Positions 58,301-64,000 of a stretch of 64,000 bases of DNA are shown piece by piece. A program made the translations under genes and the position numbers. The notes under the pieces are model-generated. The model searched no databases and was not told the origin of the DNA. It saw only the letters and a program-made list of their open reading frames with translations. How positions within the stretch are numbered: the first letter of the stretch is position 1; each line of letters opens with the position of its first letter. Origin of the DNA: Curvularia clavata (Eukaryota); assembly GCA_023920165.1 (NCBI GenBank), contig CP089277.1:3100001-3164000 (forward strand), read 5' to 3'.

Positions 58301-61300
58301 TATACATCGGCGCCCTGGACGAAGGTTGCTTCGTGAACACGGGGAGTTGGGATCCAGCGCTCCATCTTCTCAGAGTGGCGGACAGGAGGTGCGCACCAGC
58401 TGACATTGGCTGACATGTGTGGAAGTACGAACTCGGCGCGGAGGAGCTCATCATCGTACTTGGCGTTCTTCCGGTAATGATACTTGAAACGCACAAGGTT
58501 GCCGTGGCTAAGGTAACTTCCGGACTCAATGTGACCTTTGTGGTTGTACAAGACCTTGGCGCCTTCGTTCTCGCCTTTGGTGCAACTGCGGCCAAGGGGT
58601 ATCTTGCTTGACCTTACTTTCGAGACTTTGATCTTGCTCTGTGTTTGCTTCGTTCCGTATTCATAAATGAACTCATTAGTAACCGCACCATTCTTCCATT
58701 CTTGTCGTAATGTGATGCGCATCTCGTTGTCGTAATGAGCTGTCCGGATATGACCCCAAGTAGGCTCTTGCTTCAAATCTCCTTGATAGAAGATCAGCTT
58801 GACTCCGCCATCTTTATCGGGGTGAACGAATGCCGTCTCAGTGTCACCGCGGTTTTGGATGACCACACGGTTCTTTCTCTGGATGATCAGACTTCCTTTA
58901 ACGGTGCCTGCCAGATCTGCGATATCTCTACGACGATGATACAGGAAGAACGGTAGGAACACCGACATAGCGGACCGACTATAGATCCACAAGCCGGTGA
59001 GAATAAAGGTGGTCGGTTTAGCCACAATCTGCGGTGTGTGTAGCAAGGCCCCGTTCAGCTCGCGCTGGTACTCAGGATCAGCCATGCACGCCAAAACGAA
59101 GAACTTTACCCATGTCCCGATAGAATGGTAGACATAGGCGATCGGACGGCGGAAATATTCGGTAAACAAGCCCAACATTGAAACAGCGGAGCGGTTGAGT
59201 ACCGGATGGTATGCCGTTTGGATATCCGCAGTCATCTGGCGATACTCTTTGTTCGAGAGTGACTGATCGCCTCGATTCCTGAAGAAACCATACTTGACCA
59301 CCGCCAAGTAGGCCCCTAGATCATACCTTGCAATACATGAGAGAATAGTGCAGGACTCTTCGGTAGGAATGTTTTCATGAATCCAGGACAGTTCCTTGTT
59401 CGTATAAGGCGCTCGGATACCCATACAACGTCGGAAGAACAGTCGTCGTATATCCAACGGTAGATCATCCCATTGTGTTTCGCAATCCACTCCAAGGCAT
59501 AGATTGCGCAACAGCTCTTTGCGACAGGATTTTCCAAATGCTAAGGCGTCTTGGCCCGCAACCAAACTCGGCATCGAGCGTCTGTTACACTCTGAGATAG
59601 CATATGCATCGCCGTCACTTTCCCTGCAGGCAAGGATGGATTCCGCAATCTCAGCTTGAGAGTGTGGGGTCGTGAACATTGTTTCCATGCAAGCATGTAG
59701 CAAAGTTTCGGCGACAGCTGCACAGTTGCTGCTGATATTGGTTTGCCCAAAACTAGCGTTCTTTGCATCAGAAGCCATATACAACGTCAAATGGCCACCA
59801 GAGAAGTGCGAGATGGCACGAAGATCGCCATTGAAGTCGACTACAGCCTGAAGAGGGACGATGAAGACCTCGATTTGACCACTCTTCCAAGCTGACACAA
59901 TTCGCTGGATCGTTGATGAGATGTTCGGGAAGGCTTGAATAGCGAGTCTGGAAAGGCTGTCTTGGGTGCACGACAATAGCAACGCATTGATTTGATCACC
60001 CGGTTGGCCAACTGGATTGACGCGATACCTGTTCTCTTTTGGAGCGGCTCGAATCTTGTTGCAGTATGCGCGAAGCTCGCTCTGGCTATATTCTGCGTCG
60101 CTATTACCGCTGTTGTAGGCATGGAACTTCTCGATTATCATTGGTTGCATTCCGTGCTTGGGATGTCCGTTCATGTTTTCGCCTTCCTTGTTGGAGCGGA
60201 AGACGGTCGATAGTGACTCGGACACCCACTTGCCTAGATCAAGAGCCTCAGGCATACCCAGCTTCGCAGTGCGGAATGAAAGGATGGCTGCTGTCCAGGT
60301 TGACGCAGCGAGGGCGATAATCCTATCATACAGAAATCCGGGGAAGACTGCCAAGAGTACATTGCCTACTATCAAGCCAACAACCACGGCTCCTAGCAGT
60401 GGCATGAGTGCGTGCGGGCCAGAGAAGATTTTGTTGTATTGATACAGCAGCAATCCGCTGTAGGAACCGACGTAAGCCAGGAATACAATCAGGCCAGTAG
60501 GCGAGTCATTGAAGATCCAGATGAGGGCTGTGCAGAGAGCAAGCGCCCACACGTGGACGCCAATGAAGCGGCACAGGGTGTTGAAGTAAAGGTGGCGCCT
60601 GAATTTCAGATCGTTTGCCTTCGCCTGCTTAATCTGTTGAGTGTTTTCGATCGAAATGGGTGCCATCTGCTCTGAAAGAGTGTGCAGATGCTGAGCCTTA
60701 TAGTCGAGTAGAACGGCTCCGATGAGGTAGTAAGCGAGTCCAAACCCGACCGACAAGCGAATTGCCGTGTCCTTGTCACCTGGCAGATCGTATGCAAGTC
60801 CGAGACCGATCGAAAGCCGAACGGTTTCGTTTGTTCCAGATCCTAAATCGACTGATTGGCCACCAACCAGCAAATCCAGCCATCGATCCATGAGTGCGAC
60901 CAAAAAGTAAAGAATGCCACAGTAGATCTCATCTCCGGCCGTTCGCCAATGTATGAAGGAGTTGTGAAGACGAATGCCTTTCTGGGACTGCTGCATACTT
61001 TCAAGTGCAACCTGTGTCTCTAGGTTCCAAGTTGAACTGTATGGAATTGGTCGCTTTGTATCTGTTATGCGAGCGTACCAATCCAACAGAAACAACGTAG
61101 AGTCCCAGCAGCCTGCCATCTGTCTTACAAAGGGGTCTTTGGTAGCCTTTTGCCAGAAATGACGCCCCCTTTCTTTTAATACTGCTTCGTGAAGGGCGCT
61201 GCGGCACAGCGCTAGGATGGCCGGTTCGCTCATGCCATGGAATATCTCTGTCTCGATAAAGGATCCCTCTGAAGAAGGGGCGAGGGCATCATCTTGGACA

Positions 61301-64000
61301 GTTGAAGTAATACCACCCTTATTCTGGCCATTCGCTGTGACGGACTTAGCATTGAGCTTTTGTTGGAAAGTAACAGAACTTACATTTCTTGTGGAGCGCA
61401 ATTTTTTCCTGTTCGCGTTCCGAGCATACCTTCATGTACCAGTTCTTGACATCGGCATCGTTAAGCGTCTTGATGCCGTGGTACCAGGTTACCCACTGAG
61501 TTGCCACGCGTCTGGTACCCAGGATCAAAAGGCTGACAAAGATATAAAGAACGCCCACATAGACGTAAATATCCCGGCCCTCCATCCCAATAAAGATTGT
61601 TAGAATAGGCGAAATGACCAAAGTTGGGACAACCATGATAATGATCTTGCGCCCGTTGAGAAAGCTGGATCCTGGGATTTGGTACGTAGAAAGCACGGCC
61701 AAGACAGTCAGATAAGCAGTTAGTCCAAAGAGATAGAAGAAGAAGACGGCACCATTGCCAGGACCTGAGACAGCTGAGATGACAACAAATCCGAGAATGC
61801 ACCCAGCCAAGGTAAAGGCCAAGCCACCAACCAATCGTGTGAGCACGAACATGTTAGCTGCGGAGAACGCCATGGAAATGAGGTAGTAAGTACCACCAAT
61901 AGAGATCCAGGTTCCTATGGCGCCCGAAAGAAGCAGCGAACACATCAACGCGTACGTGGCATACTGCCTCTCGTCTGGAGACATTCCCACACTCAAGTAA
62001 AGGCCGTGCCCGGTGGTTGAAAGAAGCACGATATCTACAAGTTTCAGCCTAGTTAAGCATCGAAAATCCTAAGAGTACTCACCAACAAGCGCGGGAATCG
62101 CAAAGACACTCAGGAACGTAAAGCGACGATAGGCGGGCATAACGGAGGGCTTCTGCTCGGGATCAATATCGGTCTGGGCTGCAGCATAAGCGGAAGCAAA
62201 TGTAGGTGCATTGAAGATCCACATTGGAGGCTGGTGTTCTTCTTGGTTGTAGTAAGCTCTATGCTTGTTTGACAACAGAATGCCCATGTCGCTTGGCTTG
62301 ATATCGAAATACGCCTCGCATCGGGATCCTAGGGCAAACAGCTCGGCAAAAGCCGCGCTCTGGTCAGAGTACTGATTGAAGAGTGGGTTTCTGTCTGAAA
62401 CCTCGATGTATACCTCTTCAAAGCCAGCCTTCCTAGCAGCACAAAAGATGCAGAATAGAACAAAGTCAGCCGCCGAGTCGAGAGTTCCTCGACTTGTGAT
62501 GTCGGAAATAGCTGCGGTGATGATATCCAGCTTCTGATGATCTCGCCACCACAATATGTCGTTGAACACTTCAGCAATGTGTCTGAACAACTGCAAGGCG
62601 TGTCCTTCATCGAGCGTCGGCACACGTGAGAGACGATACCACTTAAGCTTGGCTTTTACCAGCTCCTCATCAGTAACTTTTCCGCCAATGTAATCCACGT
62701 TACTCAGTTGCTTGAACTGATGGTATGTGGGCACATCAATTAGCAACTCTTTGCATCGTTCACGGATAGCGCAGAGTAATGAGCAATCATCTTCCCACTC
62801 AGAGTAACGGATGTGCTGCAAGTATGACAGCAGCTCCGAAGACGAAAGAAGTTCCATATCTTGAAGCAGCCTCTCTGGTAGGCGCTCTGGTGAGAACGAC
62901 CCAGCTGCAAATTCAGTCAGGCCATACTCGGCGAGAAAGCACTGATATCTGGTGAAGCCACGCATGCTTAGATATGTGTGAAGCAAGACTCCTCTGACAT
63001 CTTGTACCGACTTTGAGATATATACGATGGTAGCTTTAGTCCGAGGATCCAACTCCCAGACTCCCCAGAATGAAGCGCCGTTCGGGGTATGAAAGCCTGA
63101 ATCAAGTGAAGTAAACACCTGGAATCGGTAGGGGTCAGACTCGTCCTGGACGGCGTGGTTCAATGCTTCAACAAGGCCTTGAATGGATTCTTTCATAGTG
63201 GGCACAAGTTTAAGAAAGTGGCTGCTGCTGGAAGCGAAGCGGCTGAGTATTTCAGCAGTGGTACGAAATTGCTCCGTGGGAAGACGGCTGAGTAACTTGA
63301 GGTCTCGTAGATGCCGCTGTGATTTGAGTACACGATCGAAATCTGCCTTGGAGGCATCGAGTCCAATTGGGAAACACCCTAGCGACGAGTATGGTGATCC
63401 GTCGAACGAGCATGAGAGTGGGTTGTACATGTGCGCTTCTACGGCCATGGTCCAGTCAAGCCCCAGGCTTGTCGGTGATGAGGGTTCTTGGCGGACCAAC
63501 ACCCCATTTTCGTCAACCTCGGGGTATTCGATGGTCAGCGTAAACGTGCTTGATGCATCGTCATCATCGAGCGCATTCCCGTCCAACCCAGAAAGAGTTT
63601 CGGCCAAGAGAGGGAAGATTTCTTGCAGCGGCAAGTAGTCGTCAATAATACTGGAAAATCCAGGCGAAAGCTATTGGGATCAGCATCAAGAATTCATCAC
63701 CGAATGGAAGACCTACAGTGCGCGCAGTTCGGTATTTTTCATGGACGTCCATAACCTTTCGATCCTTTAACCATTGGAAAGCTGCCAGGGGTTCCTCGCA
63801 AGCGCTAACGTCGTAGATATCCGTCAGAGCCCGTTGCCGTGGGAAGTAGGGAATAGCGCCATGATAGCTGCACCACATGTGCGCTCTTCGAAGTACAGCG
63901 TGTGATAGCTCGGCATCGTCATCCACGGTGTCCCACATCATTGTGATGAACGAGCGCTGGCAAGCTTGTGAAACAAAAGACCTTGTCGTCGTTTTCATTT
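55341..64000 (-). CDS. gtb3: Giant multi-pass membrane glycosyltransferase family 4 (PelF/DUF3492-like), probable galactosaminogalactan synthase; 5' end lies outside the window
   Basis: More than 2,700 codons in the window over six exons (introns near 63671-63716, 62035-62082, 61333-61383, 57115-57161 and 56783-56836). C-terminal GT-B motifs KDIKTA and FLNSSVSEGLPLALGEA...VVCTDVG. Two TM clusters. The orthology call is from recalled Gtb3 architecture, not from a search. Confidence 0.85.

Noticed and set aside
1..64000. CRISPR arrays, prokaryotic defence systems, telomeric repeats
   Set aside because: The sequence is eukaryotic with spliceosomal introns, and no repeat-spacer arrays or (TTAGGG)n tracts were seen.

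Overview
Intron-containing genomic DNA from a filamentous ascomycete, probably a Dothideomycete (inferred from gene content, ~50-nt GT-AG introns with CTRAC/CTAAT branch sites, and a RIP-like mutated transposon). The window has three parts. (1) About 1-19 kb is an accessory-type zone: the 3' end of an aromatic amino-acid ammonia-lyase (PAL-like) gene, a class I terpene synthase with one in-frame TGA, a secreted carboxylesterase, a GT32, a GNAT, two tandem DUF3176-like genes (one with an apparently broken splice acceptor, one decayed), a complete but RIP-inactivated 1,993-bp Fot1/pogo transposon with 107-bp TIRs, a small zinc-ribbon protein and a class I hydrophobin. (2) About 20-44 kb is mostly conserved genes: HPP-family protein, Cys-rich single-pass surface protein, F-box protein, P-loop ATPase, ferroportin-like transporter, lipin/Pah1, FN3 coiled-coil protein, TAF9, Cmc1-like, SDR and UTP11. 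(3) About 45-64 kb holds a PL3 pectate lyase with a hidden CBM1 exon, a GH43 with clustered CreA-type sites, a methyltransferase, a hypothetical protein, a spliced 64-aa zinc-ribbon microprotein candidate, and the 3' ~8.6 kb of a giant GT4 resembling the galactosaminogalactan synthase Gtb3. The best candidate for an undescribed system is the edge of a possible PAL + terpene synthase + esterase biosynthetic locus, but this rests on adjacency only. No database searches were run; family calls come from recognised motifs.
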